From Alphaproteobacteria bacterium (GTDB lineage: Bacteria; Pseudomonadota; Alphaproteobacteria; Bin95), in contig OZ224045.1 in assembly GCA_963665325.3 (NCBI GenBank), positions 1,920,001-1,984,000 on the forward strand: 64,000 nucleotides of DNA. The letters run 5' to 3'. The position numbers and the translations under genes were made by a program. The notes under the pieces are model-generated. The model did not search any database, had not been told where the DNA came from, and saw only the letters and a list, made by a program, of their open reading frames with translations. Shown piece by piece: positions 21,611 through 33,776 of the stretch. Each line of letters opens with the position of its first letter. Within the stretch, counting starts at the first letter, position 1.

Positions 21611-21731
21611 TGCCTATATATTAGGACACAAAAGATTCGTATGGAAGGGTTTTTCAGCGGGTTCATGTGCAGCTCGAACTTGAAATGCGGGCAACCGATT
21701 GACAGCCGCGGTACGATCCACACCGTCGGCC

Positions 21732-21773
21732 TTGCAGTGGCAGGAAGCCCCTATATAATGAAGATTATATAGG
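21732..21773 (+). promoter_or_regulatory. Sigma70 promoter and operator of the abrB-doc TA pair
   Basis: TTGCAG (21732-37) N16 TATAAT (21754-59); perfect inverted repeat CCTATATAAT-N4-ATTATATAGG 21750-21773. Confidence 0.75.
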
Positions 21774-21786
21774 TGGGAGAAGTCGG

Positions 21787-22014
21787 ATGCTTTCCTTCAA
21801 GGTCACCAGGATTGGCGCATCGTCCGGCGTGATCCTCACCAAGGAGGTAATGGCACGGTTGCGGGTGAAGAAGGGCGACACACTTTACCTGACGGAGGCA
21901 CCGGGCGGTGGCTACCGGCTGACGCCCTACGATCCCGATTTCGAGCGGCAGATGAAGCTGGCCGAAGAAATCATGCACGATGACCGGGAGGTGCTGCGGG
22001 CGCTGGCGAGGTGA
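21787..22014 (+). CDS. AbrB/MazE-like antitoxin
   Basis: KVTRIGASSGVILTKE..GDTLYL..DREVLRALAR; overlaps doc by GTGA. Confidence 0.88.
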   Translation: MLSFKVTRIGASSGVILTKEVMARLRVKKGDTLYLTEAPGGGYRLTPYDPDFERQMKLAEEIMHDDREVLRALAR

Positions 22015-22412
22015 CCGAACCGCGCGGTGGCCCGTGGCGTTGGGTCCCGGCGACGGTCGTTTTCGCCGTCCACGACAGCCAAATCGCCGAGCACGGTGGC
22101 GCTGGCGGCCTGCGAGACGGTGGCGCACTGGAGGCCGCTTTGGCGCGCCCCCTGAATCTCGAAGCCTATGGCCGACCCGACATTGCAGACCTGGCGGCAG
22201 CGTACATCTACGGCCTTGCCAGGAGCCACGCCTTTACAGACGGCAACAAGCGCACGGCCTGGGTTACCGGCCGCCTCTTCCCGGCCGACAACGGGGCCCG
22301 CCTCGAATTCGATCCGTACGATGCGATCCGCCTCATGGAGAGCGTAGCCGCGGACAAGGTCTCCGAGACCGAGCTCGCTGTCTGGCTCAGATCGCGGCTG
22401 GCAAGCCCGTGA
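22011..22412 (+). CDS. doc: Doc/Fic family toxin
   Basis: HGGAGGLRD, ALARP, HAFTDGNKRT Fic/Doc motif. Confidence 0.9.
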   Translation: MTEPRGGPWRWVPATVVFAVHDSQIAEHGGAGGLRDGGALEAALARPLNLEAYGRPDIADLAAAYIYGLARSHAFTDGNKRTAWVTGRLFPADNGARLEFDPYDAIRLMESVAADKVSETELAVWLRSRLASP

Positions 22413-22419
22413 CGATTGG

Positions 22420-23280
22420 CTAGTCCTTGGGCCTGTCTTCCCAGGAGACGACCGTCTGGCGGGCTTCGCCGAGACCTTCTATGCCGAGATGGACCTCGTC
22501 GCCGACATCCAGGAAGCGCGGCGGCTTCATGCCGCCGCCGACGCCGGGCGGCGTGCCGGTCATGATGACATCGCCGGGCATCAGCGTCATGAAACGGCTG
22601 GCATAGGCGACGGCCTGGACCACCGAAAAGATCATCTTGCCGGTGTTGCCGGTCTGCATCCGCTCGCCGTTCACATTCAGGAACATGTCGAGGTTCTGCA
22701 CGTCGGCGATCTCGTCCGTCGTCACCAGCCAGGGGCCGATGGGGGCGAAGCTGTCATGGCTCTTGCCCTTGGTCCACTGGCCGGACCGTTTGGTCTGGAA
22801 CTCGCGCTCGGAGACATCGTTGCCGAGCGCGAAGCCCGCCACATGGTCCATGACCTCGCTTTCGCCGATATATTGCGCCTTCGTGCCCATGACGACGACA
22901 AGCTCGACCTCCCAGTCGAGCATGGTCGCATCGACCGGCTTGACGATGGGATCGTTCGGTCCTGTAAGCGCCGTAATCGGCTTCTGGAAGTAGATCGCGT
23001 CCTTCGGGATCGGCGCGCCTACCTCATTGGCATGGTCGATATAGTTGAGGCCGACGCAGAGCACCTTGGCCGTGCCGGCAATCGGCAGGCCGAGGCGCGG
23101 CGACCCGGAGACTTCCGGCAGGCCGGCCGGGTCGAGGCCCGCCAGACGTTCGAGGCCCGCGGGCGAAATCGCTTCCGGTCCCAGATCGGCAATCGTGCCG
23201 GAGAGGTCGCGAATGGCGCCTGCCGCGTCGAGCAGGCCCGGCTTCTCCTGGCCCCTCGGGCCGTAACGCAATAATTTCAT
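22420..23280 (-). CDS. Fumarylacetoacetate hydrolase family protein
   Basis: CVGLNY, DWEVEL, NDVSER, KGKS, TGTPPGVG. Confidence 0.92.
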   Translation of the reverse strand: MKLLRYGPRGQEKPGLLDAAGAIRDLSGTIADLGPEAISPAGLERLAGLDPAGLPEVSGSPRLGLPIAGTAKVLCVGLNYIDHANEVGAPIPKDAIYFQKPITALTGPNDPIVKPVDATMLDWEVELVVVMGTKAQYIGESEVMDHVAGFALGNDVSEREFQTKRSGQWTKGKSHDSFAPIGPWLVTTDEIADVQNLDMFLNVNGERMQTGNTGKMIFSVVQAVAYASRFMTLMPGDVIMTGTPPGVGGGMKPPRFLDVGDEVHLGIEGLGEARQTVVSWEDRPKD

Positions 23281-23283
23281 CTT

Positions 23284-24492
23284 CTACTCCGCCGCTTCGG
23301 CCGTTGTTTCCGTCATCTCGCCGACGGCTCCGGCCGCCACGAGCTCTTCCACCTGCCCCGGCGTCCAGCCTTCGCGGAGCAGGATTTCGCGCGAGTGCTC
23401 GCCGATATGCGGGGCCGTGTCGAGCGCCTCGTCGGAACCGACTTTCGGCAGTCCCGGAACGTTCGAGACCGGCAGGGCGCCCGGCATGCCGGGATGCTCT
23501 AGCCAGGCGACGCTCTCCACCGCCTTCACATGCTCGTCGGCGAGGAAGCGGTCATAGGTCGAAACCAGCGCATTCATCACGCCGGCCTCGGTCAGCGCCT
23601 CGGCCCATTCGGCAGTCGTGCGCTTCATGAACTCGGCCCGGACGATCGGCATCAGCTCCGCCTCGCGCTCGATGCGCTTCTCGCGGGCGTTGTAGCGCGG
23701 GTCGTCGGCCAGTTCCTCGCGTCCCAGCACCTTGCAGAGCGAGACATAGTGGTGCTCGCGCATGGCGGTGACATTGATGAATCCGTCGGCGGTCTGCATC
23801 GTGCCGACCGGCACGTAAAGCACCTGCGGCGCGCCGCCTTCCAGGTGATGCTCCATGACCTTGGCGGACTGGAACGCCGCCGCCGACTGCATCAGCGAGC
23901 AGTCGATATAGGCGCCCTTGCCGAAGCGGAACTTGCGCAGCAGCGCGGATGATATGGCCTGGTAGGCGTAGAGCCCGGTCATCACGTCGATGGCGATCAT
24001 GCCGATGCGCTGCGGTGTGCCGGAGGTGTCGCGGTTGATCGACATCCAACCCGAGAACGCCTGGATCACCGAATCGGTAACCGGCAGGCGGTTGTAGGGG
24101 CCGTCCTGGCCGAAGCCGGTGACCGAGAGGTAGATGACCTCCGGATTGACGGCCTTCACCTGCTCATAGCCGATGCCGAAGCGCGCCATGACGCCGGGGC
24201 GGAAGCTCTCGACGACGACATCGGCCTCCGAGGCGAGCTTGAAGGCGACCTCCTGCGCGGCCTTGTTCTTCATGTCCATCGCGAGCGATTTCTTGCCGCG
24301 GTTGAACACGACGGAATGGGCGCACTGGTCTCCGTAGGTCTTGCCTAGCGTGCGCCCCCAGTCGCCGTCGAGCGGCTCCAGCTTGGTGACTTCCGCGCCG
24401 TGTTGCGCGAGCAGCATCGTGCTGTGCGGGCCGGCGACGCCCTGGGTGGCGTCGAAGACCTTGACGCCCTCCAGGGGCAGGGGTGTCGGCAT
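23284..24492 (-). CDS. CaiB/BaiF family III CoA-transferase
   Basis: VAGP, NRGKKS, ESFRPGV, GFGQDGPY, APHIGEH. Confidence 0.92.
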   Translation of the reverse strand: MPTPLPLEGVKVFDATQGVAGPHSTMLLAQHGAEVTKLEPLDGDWGRTLGKTYGDQCAHSVVFNRGKKSLAMDMKNKAAQEVAFKLASEADVVVESFRPGVMARFGIGYEQVKAVNPEVIYLSVTGFGQDGPYNRLPVTDSVIQAFSGWMSINRDTSGTPQRIGMIAIDVMTGLYAYQAISSALLRKFRFGKGAYIDCSLMQSAAAFQSAKVMEHHLEGGAPQVLYVPVGTMQTADGFINVTAMREHHYVSLCKVLGREELADDPRYNAREKRIEREAELMPIVRAEFMKRTTAEWAEALTEAGVMNALVSTYDRFLADEHVKAVESVAWLEHPGMPGALPVSNVPGLPKVGSDEALDTAPHIGEHSREILLREGWTPGQVEELVAAGAVGEMTETTAEAAE

Positions 24493-24641
24493 GGCTCGAA
24501 TGTCTCCTCGCCCGCATGAGGGCGTGCAGCGAAAAGCGGATTCGCGGAATATCGGGCGGCGGCAGCAGCGAAGTCAATGCGCTTGCCGGGCGGCGCATGC
24601 GCGCGGCAGAGTGGGGCAATCGAGCGGGGAGGAGCCGACCC

Positions 24642-25406
24642 ATGCGCCTGCGCCTCAGGCAGATTTGCCTTGTTGCCCGCGACCTGGAGCCGGTCGTGGC
24701 GGACCTGAAGCGCGTCTTCGGGCTGGAGGTCTGTTATGTGGACGATGCCGTTGCGGCCTACGGCCTGGTGAACGCGTTGCTGCCTGTCGGCCACCAGTTC
24801 CTGGAGGTCGTTGCGCCGACGCGGCCGGGCACCGCCGCCGGACGTTATCTGGACCGGCGCGGCGGCGACGGCGGCTACATGGTCATCACGCAGTGCCCCG
24901 ACCTGGGGGCGAGGCGGCACCGGGTCGCCGAGCTCGGCGTGAGAATCGCCAACCCGCTGGAGCACGGCGATTTCCAGGGTATGCAGCTTCACCCCAAGGA
25001 CACGGGCGGCGCCTTCTTCGAGATCGACTGCCAGCAGGGAGGCGAGGCGGAGGACGGCCCTTGGCATCCCGCGGGTCCCGGGTGGAAGCCTCATGTCCGC
25101 ACGGACATCGTTTCCGCGATTGTCGCCGCCGAGCTGCAGAGCCCCGATCCCGAACGGCTGGCCGCCCGCTGGAGCCAGATCGCTGAAATCCCGCTCGAAC
25201 GGGACGGGCAGGGCGCCGTGGTAATGCCGTTCGACAATGCCGAGTTGCGGTTCGTCGAGGCCGTGGACGGGCGCGGCGAAGGGCTGGCCGGGCTCGACCT
25301 CAGGGGCGAGGACGCCGAGGCGGCCTTTGCCAATGCGCGGGCGGCGGGACTGCCGGTCGAGGACGGCGTCATCGCGCTCGGGGGCATGCGCTTCCGCCTC
25401 GTGTGA
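24642..25406 (+). CDS. VOC/glyoxalase-like protein
   Basis: LRLRQICLVA, FLEVVAP, GGDGGYMVI, QLHPKD. Confidence 0.8.
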   Translation: MRLRLRQICLVARDLEPVVADLKRVFGLEVCYVDDAVAAYGLVNALLPVGHQFLEVVAPTRPGTAAGRYLDRRGGDGGYMVITQCPDLGARRHRVAELGVRIANPLEHGDFQGMQLHPKDTGGAFFEIDCQQGGEAEDGPWHPAGPGWKPHVRTDIVSAIVAAELQSPDPERLAARWSQIAEIPLERDGQGAVVMPFDNAELRFVEAVDGRGEGLAGLDLRGEDAEAAFANARAAGLPVEDGVIALGGMRFRLV

Positions 25407-25449
25407 CGGCTGCTATGCTTTCCGGCGAAAGAAGTTGGGAGGCGAGGCC

Positions 25450-26532
25450 ATGGATTTCGGCTATTTCGGCCTGATGGGCTACCGCGAGCGGGGCACCCCG
25501 CCGCAGCGCGTGTTCGAGGAGCATATCGAGCAGGTGCGCCAGGCGGATCGGCTCGGCTTCGGAATCGCGTGGTTCGCGGAGCACCATTTCTCCAACTACT
25601 GCATCTGCCCCTCGCCGCTGCTGATGGCGGCGCGCTGCGCCGGGGAGACGCAGCGGATCAAGCTCGCCCCGGCCGTCGTGGTGACGCCGCTTTACCAGCC
25701 CGCGCGGGTGCTGGCCGAGATCGGCATGGTGGATGCCTGCTCGGAAGGCCGGCTCGTCCTCGGGGTCGGCAGCGGCTACCAGCCTTACGAGTTTGAGCGC
25801 TTCGGCCAGGACCTCGCCGAGGCGCGGCCGCGGCTGGAAGAGTTCCTCGACATGATGGAGCTCGCCTTCGACAACGAGACCTTCAGCTACGAAGGCAAGC
25901 ACTACCGCATGCCCGAGACCCATATCAGCGCGCGCCCGGTCAATGGCCGGCCGGATGTCTGGGTCGCCGGAGACGGGGATGTCGGCCACCGCCTCTGCGC
26001 CCGGCGCGGCTATTCGCCCATGTTCACCGGAAGGTGGCTGGGCGCGGAATACCTGGCCGGGATGCGCGAGCGCATTGCCGAGGCCTACCGGGCCGAGGGC
26101 TGCGACCCGGAGACGATGCGGATCGGCTTCCAGCGCTTCCTCTGCGTGACCGAAAGCCGCGCCGAGACGCTAGCCTATGTCGATAATGCCCGCCACCAGA
26201 TGCGTCTCGCCTCGGCCTTGCGCCGGCGCGCCGAGGTCATGGACGGGGCGATGATGACCGAGGTGCCGATGCCGAACGAACTGTCTCTCGAAGAAATCGC
26301 CGACAATCTGCTGGTCGGCGACTGCGAGACCATCGCGGAGCGGCTTTGCGCCGAAATCCGCGCCGCGCGGCCGGCCCACATAATGTTCCACTTCCAGGTC
26401 GGCGGCTCCTCGCACAGCGCGGCGCTCGACAGCATGGAGAAGCTGATGACCGACATCCGCCCGATGGTGGAGAAGGAACTCGGGCCGCTTGCCGACTACG
26501 GCGCGCCGTCTCGCCCGCAGGCGGCGGAGTAG
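25450..26532 (+). CDS. LLM class flavin-dependent oxidoreductase
   Basis: WFAEHHF, SPLL, EGRLVLGVGSGYQPYEF. Confidence 0.9.
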   Translation: MDFGYFGLMGYRERGTPPQRVFEEHIEQVRQADRLGFGIAWFAEHHFSNYCICPSPLLMAARCAGETQRIKLAPAVVVTPLYQPARVLAEIGMVDACSEGRLVLGVGSGYQPYEFERFGQDLAEARPRLEEFLDMMELAFDNETFSYEGKHYRMPETHISARPVNGRPDVWVAGDGDVGHRLCARRGYSPMFTGRWLGAEYLAGMRERIAEAYRAEGCDPETMRIGFQRFLCVTESRAETLAYVDNARHQMRLASALRRRAEVMDGAMMTEVPMPNELSLEEIADNLLVGDCETIAERLCAEIRAARPAHIMFHFQVGGSSHSAALDSMEKLMTDIRPMVEKELGPLADYGAPSRPQAAE

Positions 26533-26537
26533 GGCCC

Positions 26538-27329
26538 ATGTCCGACCATCTGCTGGAGCGCCATGAGAACGGCGTCGCCTGGCTGACTCTGAATCGGCCC
26601 GAGCGGCTGAACGCGCTGACCGACGACATGCTGGACGGCCTGCTTGCGGTCATGCAGCGTCTTTCGGCGGACCGGGAGACCGGATGCGTCGTGCTCTCCG
26701 GGGCCGGGCGCGGCTTTTCCGCCGGCGGGGATGTGAAGGGCATGGCTGCCGGTTCGCACCAGGACGACACGCTGGAGGGTCGCACGCAGTCGCTCCGCAA
26801 CCGCATGGAGGTGAGCCGGATCGTCCACGAGATGCCGAAGCCAGTCATCGCCATGATCCGCGGCCCGGCGGCTGGCGCCAGCCTGTCGATCGCACTCGCC
26901 TGCGACATGCGGGTCGCCAGCGAAACGGCGCTGATTACCACCGGATTCGCGCAGGTGGCGCTCTCCGGCGACTTCGGCGGCTCCTGGTTCCTGACCCGGC
27001 TCGTCGGCCCGGCAAAGGCGAAGGAACTCTACATGACGGCCGCGCGCCTCGGCGCGGAAGAGGCGCTGGCGCTCGGCATTCTGAACCGGGTCGTTCCCGA
27101 TGACGCGCTGGAGGCGGAGACGGCCGCGCTGGCGGAGAGCCTCGCCGCCGGCCCGCGCATCACGCTCGCCTACATGAAGCAGACGCTCAACGGCGCGGTC
27201 ACCGCCTCGCTGTCCGAGACGCTCGACACGGAAGCCCGCAACCATTCCCGCTCCGGCCTGACAGAGGACCATCTCGAAGCGGCAAAGGCCTTCGTCGAAA
27301 AGCGCAAGCCGGTCTTCTCGGGGCGGTAG
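26538..27329 (+). CDS. Enoyl-CoA hydratase/isomerase
   Basis: LTLNRPERLNA, FSAGGDV, ALACDMR, AFVEKRKP. Confidence 0.92.
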   Translation: MSDHLLERHENGVAWLTLNRPERLNALTDDMLDGLLAVMQRLSADRETGCVVLSGAGRGFSAGGDVKGMAAGSHQDDTLEGRTQSLRNRMEVSRIVHEMPKPVIAMIRGPAAGASLSIALACDMRVASETALITTGFAQVALSGDFGGSWFLTRLVGPAKAKELYMTAARLGAEEALALGILNRVVPDDALEAETAALAESLAAGPRITLAYMKQTLNGAVTASLSETLDTEARNHSRSGLTEDHLEAAKAFVEKRKPVFSGR

Positions 27330-27352
27330 CGGCCAGCGGCGTTACTGTCCCC

Positions 27353-30300
27353 TCAGCTGCACCCGTCCGTCTGGCCGCAGGTCATGCATTTCATGCAGGT
27401 GCCGTTGCGGACCATGGTGAAGTTTCCGCAGCCGCCGCAGGCATCGCCTTCATAGCCCAGCATCCGCGCATGGCGGATCGCCGCGTCGTGGGAGCCGGCC
27501 CCCACCGCCGCCGGCATGGGCGCATCGACGAACGACGCCTCCGCGGCGTCCCCGGCGATTGACGCGGTATCGTTACGGCCGCCCGAGAGCACATAGAGGT
27601 TGTCGCGCACGAAGCCGCGGCTGGCGGCGGTCGGGATTGGCTGGCCCATTTCGCGTTCGGTCAGCGCCGCCTCATTCTCGCCGGCGCCCAGGCTGTCGGG
27701 GCGCAGGTCGTCCGACATCACGTGGCTGAGGTCGCCGCGACCGAGATAGGAGATCGCAAGCTCGCGGAACAGATAGTCCAGGATCGAGGTGGACATCTTG
27801 ATCGCGTCGTTGCCTTCCACCAGGCCGGACGGCTCGAAGCGGGTGAAGGTGAAGGCCTCGACATATTCCTCGAGCGGCACGCCGTATTGCAGGCCGATGG
27901 AGATGCCGATGGCGAAATTGTTCATCAGGCTGCGGAAGGCGGCGCCCTCCTTGTGCATGTCGATGAAGATCTCGCCGAGCTTGCCGTCATCGTATTCGCC
28001 GGTGCGCAGATAGACCTTGTGGTTCCCGACCGTGGCCTTCTGCGTGTAGCCCTTGCGGCGGTCCGGCAGGCGCCTGCGTTCGATCAGGCGCCTTTCGACG
28101 ATGCGCTCCGCCAGAACGGCCGCGCGGCCCGCGGCGGGCTCGTCCGCGACCTCCTCCGCAAGATCGCCGCCGAGCACGGTTGCCGCCAGCGGCTGCGAGA
28201 GCTTCGAGCCGTCGCGGTAGAGCGCATTCGCCTTGAGGCCGAGGCTCCAGGACAGGAGGTAGGCGTCGATGCAGTCCTGCACGGTTGCGCCGTTTGCCAT
28301 GTTGACGGTCTTGGAGATCGCTCCCGAAATGTAGGGCTGCACGGCGCCCAGCATCCGGATATGGCTCTCCGTCGAGAGGTACCGGACGCCGTTCCGGCCG
28401 CAGGGGTTGGCGCAGTCGAAGACGGGCAGGTGCTCGTCGCGGAGGTCCGGTGCGCCCTCGACCGTCATGGCGCCGCCGCAATAGAGGTTCGCGGCCTCGA
28501 TCTCCGCTTTTGAGAAGCCGAGCGCGCCCAGCAGATCGCTGCTTTCCAGCTGCTCGTCGCCCAGGCCGAGCGCCTCGCGGCAGGCCTCCTCGCCGAGCGT
28601 CCAGCGGTTGAAAACGAAGCGGATGTCGAAGGCGCTCGGCAGCGCGGCCTCCACCGCCTCGATCATTTCCGGCGTAAAGCCCTTCGAAGCCAGCGCCTCA
28701 TGGCCGATGGCGGGTGAGTCCTTGAGAGTGCCCCGGCCGACGGCATAGCGCTCGATGGCCTCGACCCGCTCCTCGTCGTAGCCGAGCGCGGCCAGCGCCT
28801 CGGGCACAAGGCTGTTGATGATCTTGAAATAGCCGCCGCCGGCGAGCTTCTTGAACTTCACCAGCGCAAAATCCGGCTCGATGCCGGTGGTGTCGCAGTC
28901 CATCACCAGGCCGATCGTGCCGGTGGGCGCAATGACGGTGGCCTGCGCATTGCGGTAGCCGTGCTTTTCGCCGGACTCCAGCGCAGCGTCCCAGGCGGTC
29001 CGCGCGGCTTCGGCGAGGCCCTCGAAGGGGCAGGCATCGGCGTCGAGCGGCTGCGGATCGGTGTTCAGCCCCTCATAGCCCCCGGCCTCGCCATGCGCCG
29101 CGCGGCGATGGTTGCGCATGACCCGCAGCATCGCCTCGGCATTGGCGGCATAGCCCTCGAACGGGCCGAGTTCGCCCGCAATTTCCGCCGATGTGGCATA
29201 GGCGGTGCCGGTCATCGCCGCGGTTATGGCGCCGGCGGTCGCGCGGCTCTCGTGGCTGTCATAGGCGATGCCCGACGCCATCAGCAGCCCGCCGATATTG
29301 GCGAAGCCCAGGCCGAGCGGCCGGTAGCGGTAGGACCTCTCGGCGATACGCCGCGACGGAAACTGCGCCATCGACTCGGAGATTTCGAGCGCGGTAGTCC
29401 AAAGCCGGACCGTGTGCCGAAAGCCCTCTATGTCGAATCCGCCCTCCTCCGTGCGGAAGGCCATCAGGTTGATCGACGCCAGATTGCAGGCGGTGTCGTC
29501 CAGGAACATGTATTCCGAACAGGGGTTCGAGGAGTCGATCCGCCCTTCGGCCGGGCAGGTGTGCCAGTCGTTGATGGTGGTGTCGAACTGCACGCCGGGG
29601 TCCGCCGAGGCCCAGGCGGCGTGGGCGATCCTGTCCATGAGGGCGCGCGCCCGCACGGTGTCCGAAACCTCGCCGTCCGTGCGCCGCGTCAGCTTCCACT
29701 CGCCGTCGTCCTCGACGGCGCGGAGGAACCCGTCCGTCAGCCTGACGGAGTTGTTGGAATTCTGACCGGCGACTGTGCGGTAGGCCTCGCTGTCCCAGTC
29801 CGTGTCGTAGGTGCGGAAATCGATCGCGGTGAAACCCTGGCGGGCGAACTGGATCACCCGCTGGATATAGCCTTCCGGTATGGCGGCTTCCCGCGCGCCC
29901 GTCACCGCCTTGCGCAGCGCCCGGTTCCGCTTCGGGTCGAACCGGCCGGACTCGCCGGTGCCGCCCGGGGCGCAGGCGGCGATGACGCGGCCCAGATGCT
30001 TCTCGCAGGCCCTGGAGCCGGCGACCAGCGCGGCGACCTTCTGCTCCTCGACCACCTTCCAGTCGATATATTCCTCGATGTCCGGGTGGTCGATGTCGAG
30101 CGTGACCATCTTGGCGGCCCGCCTCGTGGTGCCGCCCGACTTGATGGCGCCCGCCGCGCGGTCGCCGATCTTCAGGAAGCTCATCAGCCCGGAGGAGCGC
30201 CCGCCGCCGGAGAGCGGCTCGCCTTCGCCGCGCAGCTTCGAGAAGTTGGTGCCGGTGCCGGACCCGTATTTGAACAGCCGCGCCTCGCGCTGCCAGAGGT

Positions 30301-30922
30301 CCATGATCCCGCCTTCGTTCACCAGGTCGTCGGAGACCGACTGGATGAAGCAGGCATGGGGCTGCGGGCGCTCATAGGCCGAATCGGAGGCGCGGCACTC
30401 GCCCGTCGCGAGATCGACGAAATAGTGGCCCTGCGCCGGCCCGTCGATGCCGTAGGCCCAGTTCAGGCCGGTGTTGAACCATTGCGGCGAGTTCGGCGCC
30501 GCCATCTGCCGGGCGAGCATGGCGCGCATCTCGTCGTAATAGACTTGTGCGTCCTCTTCGCTCGAAAAGTAACCGCCCTTCCAGCCCCAATAGGTCCAGG
30601 CGCCGGCAAGCCGGTGGAAGACCTGGCGGGCATCGCGCTCGCCGCCGGGGGTGGCGCCCTCGGCAGGCCGGCGGCGCTGGAGCCAGTCCGGCACGCCGTC
30701 CTCGGCGACCGGTTCCGTGAGGTCCGGAACGCCGGCCTTCCGGAAATATTTCTGCGCCAGCACATCGACCGCCACCTGGGACCACCCCTGCGGCGCCATG
30801 ATGTCGTCGGCAATGAACACGGGAGTGCCGTCGGGATTACGGATTTCGCTGTTTCTGCGAACGAACGCAACGCCGTCATAGGCCGAGGCGCATCCGCCAG
30901 TGTGGTGACGCTGGAAACGCAA
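27353..30922 (-). CDS. nrdJ: Vitamin B12-dependent (class II) ribonucleotide reductase
   Basis: [32 protein letters not shown]-terminal CxxC/CxxC TSCPD region. Confidence 0.96.
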   Translation of the reverse strand: MRFQRHHTGGCASAYDGVAFVRRNSEIRNPDGTPVFIADDIMAPQGWSQVAVDVLAQKYFRKAGVPDLTEPVAEDGVPDWLQRRRPAEGATPGGERDARQVFHRLAGAWTYWGWKGGYFSSEEDAQVYYDEMRAMLARQMAAPNSPQWFNTGLNWAYGIDGPAQGHYFVDLATGECRASDSAYERPQPHACFIQSVSDDLVNEGGIMDLWQREARLFKYGSGTGTNFSKLRGEGEPLSGGGRSSGLMSFLKIGDRAAGAIKSGGTTRRAAKMVTLDIDHPDIEEYIDWKVVEEQKVAALVAGSRACEKHLGRVIAACAPGGTGESGRFDPKRNRALRKAVTGAREAAIPEGYIQRVIQFARQGFTAIDFRTYDTDWDSEAYRTVAGQNSNNSVRLTDGFLRAVEDDGEWKLTRRTDGEVSDTVRARALMDRIAHAAWASADPGVQFDTTINDWHTCPAEGRIDSSNPCSEYMFLDDTACNLASINLMAFRTEEGGFDIEGFRHTVRLWTTALEISESMAQFPSRRIAERSYRYRPLGLGFANIGGLLMASGIAYDSHESRATAGAITAAMTGTAYATSAEIAGELGPFEGYAANAEAMLRVMRNHRRAAHGEAGGYEGLNTDPQPLDADACPFEGLAEAARTAWDAALESGEKHGYRNAQATVIAPTGTIGLVMDCDTTGIEPDFALVKFKKLAGGGYFKIINSLVPEALAALGYDEERVEAIERYAVGRGTLKDSPAIGHEALASKGFTPEMIEAVEAALPSAFDIRFVFNRWTLGEEACREALGLGDEQLESSDLLGALGFSKAEIEAANLYCGGAMTVEGAPDLRDEHLPVFDCANPCGRNGVRYLSTESHIRMLGAVQPYISGAISKTVNMANGATVQDCIDAYLLSWSLGLKANALYRDGSKLSQPLAATVLGGDLAEEVADEPAAGRAAVLAERIVERRLIERRRLPDRRKGYTQKATVGNHKVYLRTGEYDDGKLGEIFIDMHKEGAAFRSLMNNFAIGISIGLQYGVPLEEYVEAFTFTRFEPSGLVEGNDAIKMSTSILDYLFRELAISYLGRGDLSHVMSDDLRPDSLGAGENEAALTEREMGQPIPTAASRGFVRDNLYVLSGGRNDTASIAGDAAEASFVDAPMPAAVGAGSHDAAIRHARMLGYEGDACGGCGNFTMVRNGTCMKCMTCGQTDGCS

Positions 30923-30977
30923 GCGAGCTATCCTCGAAACAGTTAAGCCGTGAACAGAAGATCAGCTTAACTGAAGT

Positions 30978-30993
30978 TCGCTAGATTTTGTAG
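30978..30993 (-). promoter_or_regulatory. Possible NrdR box
   Basis: Minus strand reads CTACAAAATCTAGCGA just upstream of nrdJ, loosely like the NrdR consensus. Confidence 0.35.
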
Positions 30994-31127
30994 ACAATCT
31001 TAAGGAAAACGCTATTGGCAGTATCTGCAGGCCATGACGCGTCAAGCGAAAAAGCCTGTTTTCTCTGGACATTGACCCAACCGACTGGGTAATGCGATAA
31101 CCGCCGAAGTTCTGGAGAGACCCGCTT

Positions 31128-31487
31128 GTGACTTCCATCGGAACGCGGCTTTATACGTGGATGCACGGCGAGTTTGTCGGCGAGGACGAGCAGGGCAACC
31201 GCTATTTTCGCAGCCGTCGGGGCCGCCTGCACGGGCGCGAGCGGCGCTGGGTCGTCTATGACGGCCAGGTGGAGGCTTCGCGCGTGCCGCCGGAATGGCA
31301 TGCCTGGCTGCACCGCATGGTGGATTCGCCGCCGGCCGCCGACCGGCCGCGCTATCCCTGGCAGCTGCCGCACGAGCCCAACCTTACCGGCACGCCGGAG
31401 GCCTACCGGCCGCCGGGGCACGATTTCGCCGGCGGACGCCGCGCGGCGGCGACGGGCGACTACGAGGCCTGGACGCCGGAGCAATGA
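31128..31487 (+). CDS. NADH:ubiquinone oxidoreductase NDUFA12 (17.2 kDa) subunit family
   Basis: VGEDEQGNRY, RRWVVY, VPPEWHAWLH, NLTGT. Confidence 0.92.
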   Translation: MTSIGTRLYTWMHGEFVGEDEQGNRYFRSRRGRLHGRERRWVVYDGQVEASRVPPEWHAWLHRMVDSPPAADRPRYPWQLPHEPNLTGTPEAYRPPGHDFAGGRRAAATGDYEAWTPEQ

Positions 31488-31939
31488 GGCGCAGCCTGCT
31501 GGAAACGATTACCGGCGCGGCGGTGCTGCTGGCCGCGGCGGCGTTCGTGTTCTTTGCCTATTCGACGGCCGATATCGGGCGCGGCGGCGGCTATGAGATC
31601 ATGGCCGAGTTCGACAATATCGGCGGACTTGCGGTCGGCGACGACGTGCGGATGAGCGGCATCAGGATCGGCGCTGTCTCTGGCCAGCGGCTGGACACGG
31701 ACACTTTCTCGGCGGTCGTTACCTTCTCCATCGACTCCTCCGTCAAGCTGCCGACCGACAGTTCCGCCAAGATCGCCAGCGAGAGCCTGCTCGGCGGCAA
31801 GTATGTCCAGATGACTCCCGGCGCCGAAGACAAGACTATCCCGCCCGGCGGGCGCATCGCGTTTGCGCAGTCGTCGGTGAGCCTCGAGGACCTGATCGGC
31901 CGCTTTATCTTCAGCGGCGCCGATGACAAGAAGAACTAG
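31484..31939 (+). CDS. mlaD: MCE/MlaD lipid asymmetry maintenance protein
   Basis: N-terminal TM, FDNIGGL..VRMSGIRIG, SLLGGKY. Confidence 0.9.
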   Translation: MRRSLLETITGAAVLLAAAAFVFFAYSTADIGRGGGYEIMAEFDNIGGLAVGDDVRMSGIRIGAVSGQRLDTDTFSAVVTFSIDSSVKLPTDSSAKIASESLLGGKYVQMTPGAEDKTIPPGGRIAFAQSSVSLEDLIGRFIFSGADDKKN

Positions 31940-32336
31940 CCGGCTTTTCTCATCGATGCTGGCGTTGCTGTTGTTGCTGGCGGCCGGCGCGGCGAATGCC
32001 CAGGACGGGCAGGCATTCACCTATCGCGAGATGGGGGTGGCGGTGCTGCAGGCGCTCGACAAAGTCACCGCGCGGATTTCCACCCTGACGATGCCGCTGG
32101 AGCGAACGAGGCGATTCGGCACGCTGGAGGTCACGGTCTGGGCCTGCCGGAAGCGGCCGCCGGAGGAGCCGCCGGAAAGCGCGGTCTTCCTCACCGTCGT
32201 CGAGCGCCGCCGGGACGCCCCGCCGGCGCGGCTGTTCCAGGGGTGGATGTTCGCATCGAGCCCCGCAATGTCGGCCCTGGAGCACCCGGTCTATGACATC
32301 TGGGCGCTCGACTGCCGCGACAGGCCGCCCGAATAG
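31923..32336 (+). CDS. DUF2155 domain protein
   Basis: LDKVTAR, FGTL, FQGWMFASSP..LEHPVYDIW; conserved position after mlaD. Confidence 0.88.
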   Translation: MTRRTSRLFSSMLALLLLLAAGAANAQDGQAFTYREMGVAVLQALDKVTARISTLTMPLERTRRFGTLEVTVWACRKRPPEEPPESAVFLTVVERRRDAPPARLFQGWMFASSPAMSALEHPVYDIWALDCRDRPPE

Positions 32337-32339
32337 GGA

Positions 32340-33768
<1,429 letters not shown>

Positions 33769-33776
<8 letters not shown>

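Noticed and set aside
27353-30922. Intein or intron in nrdJ
   Set aside because: Continuous ORF of ordinary length for alphaproteobacterial NrdJ; no splice-junction or homing-endonuclease motifs seen
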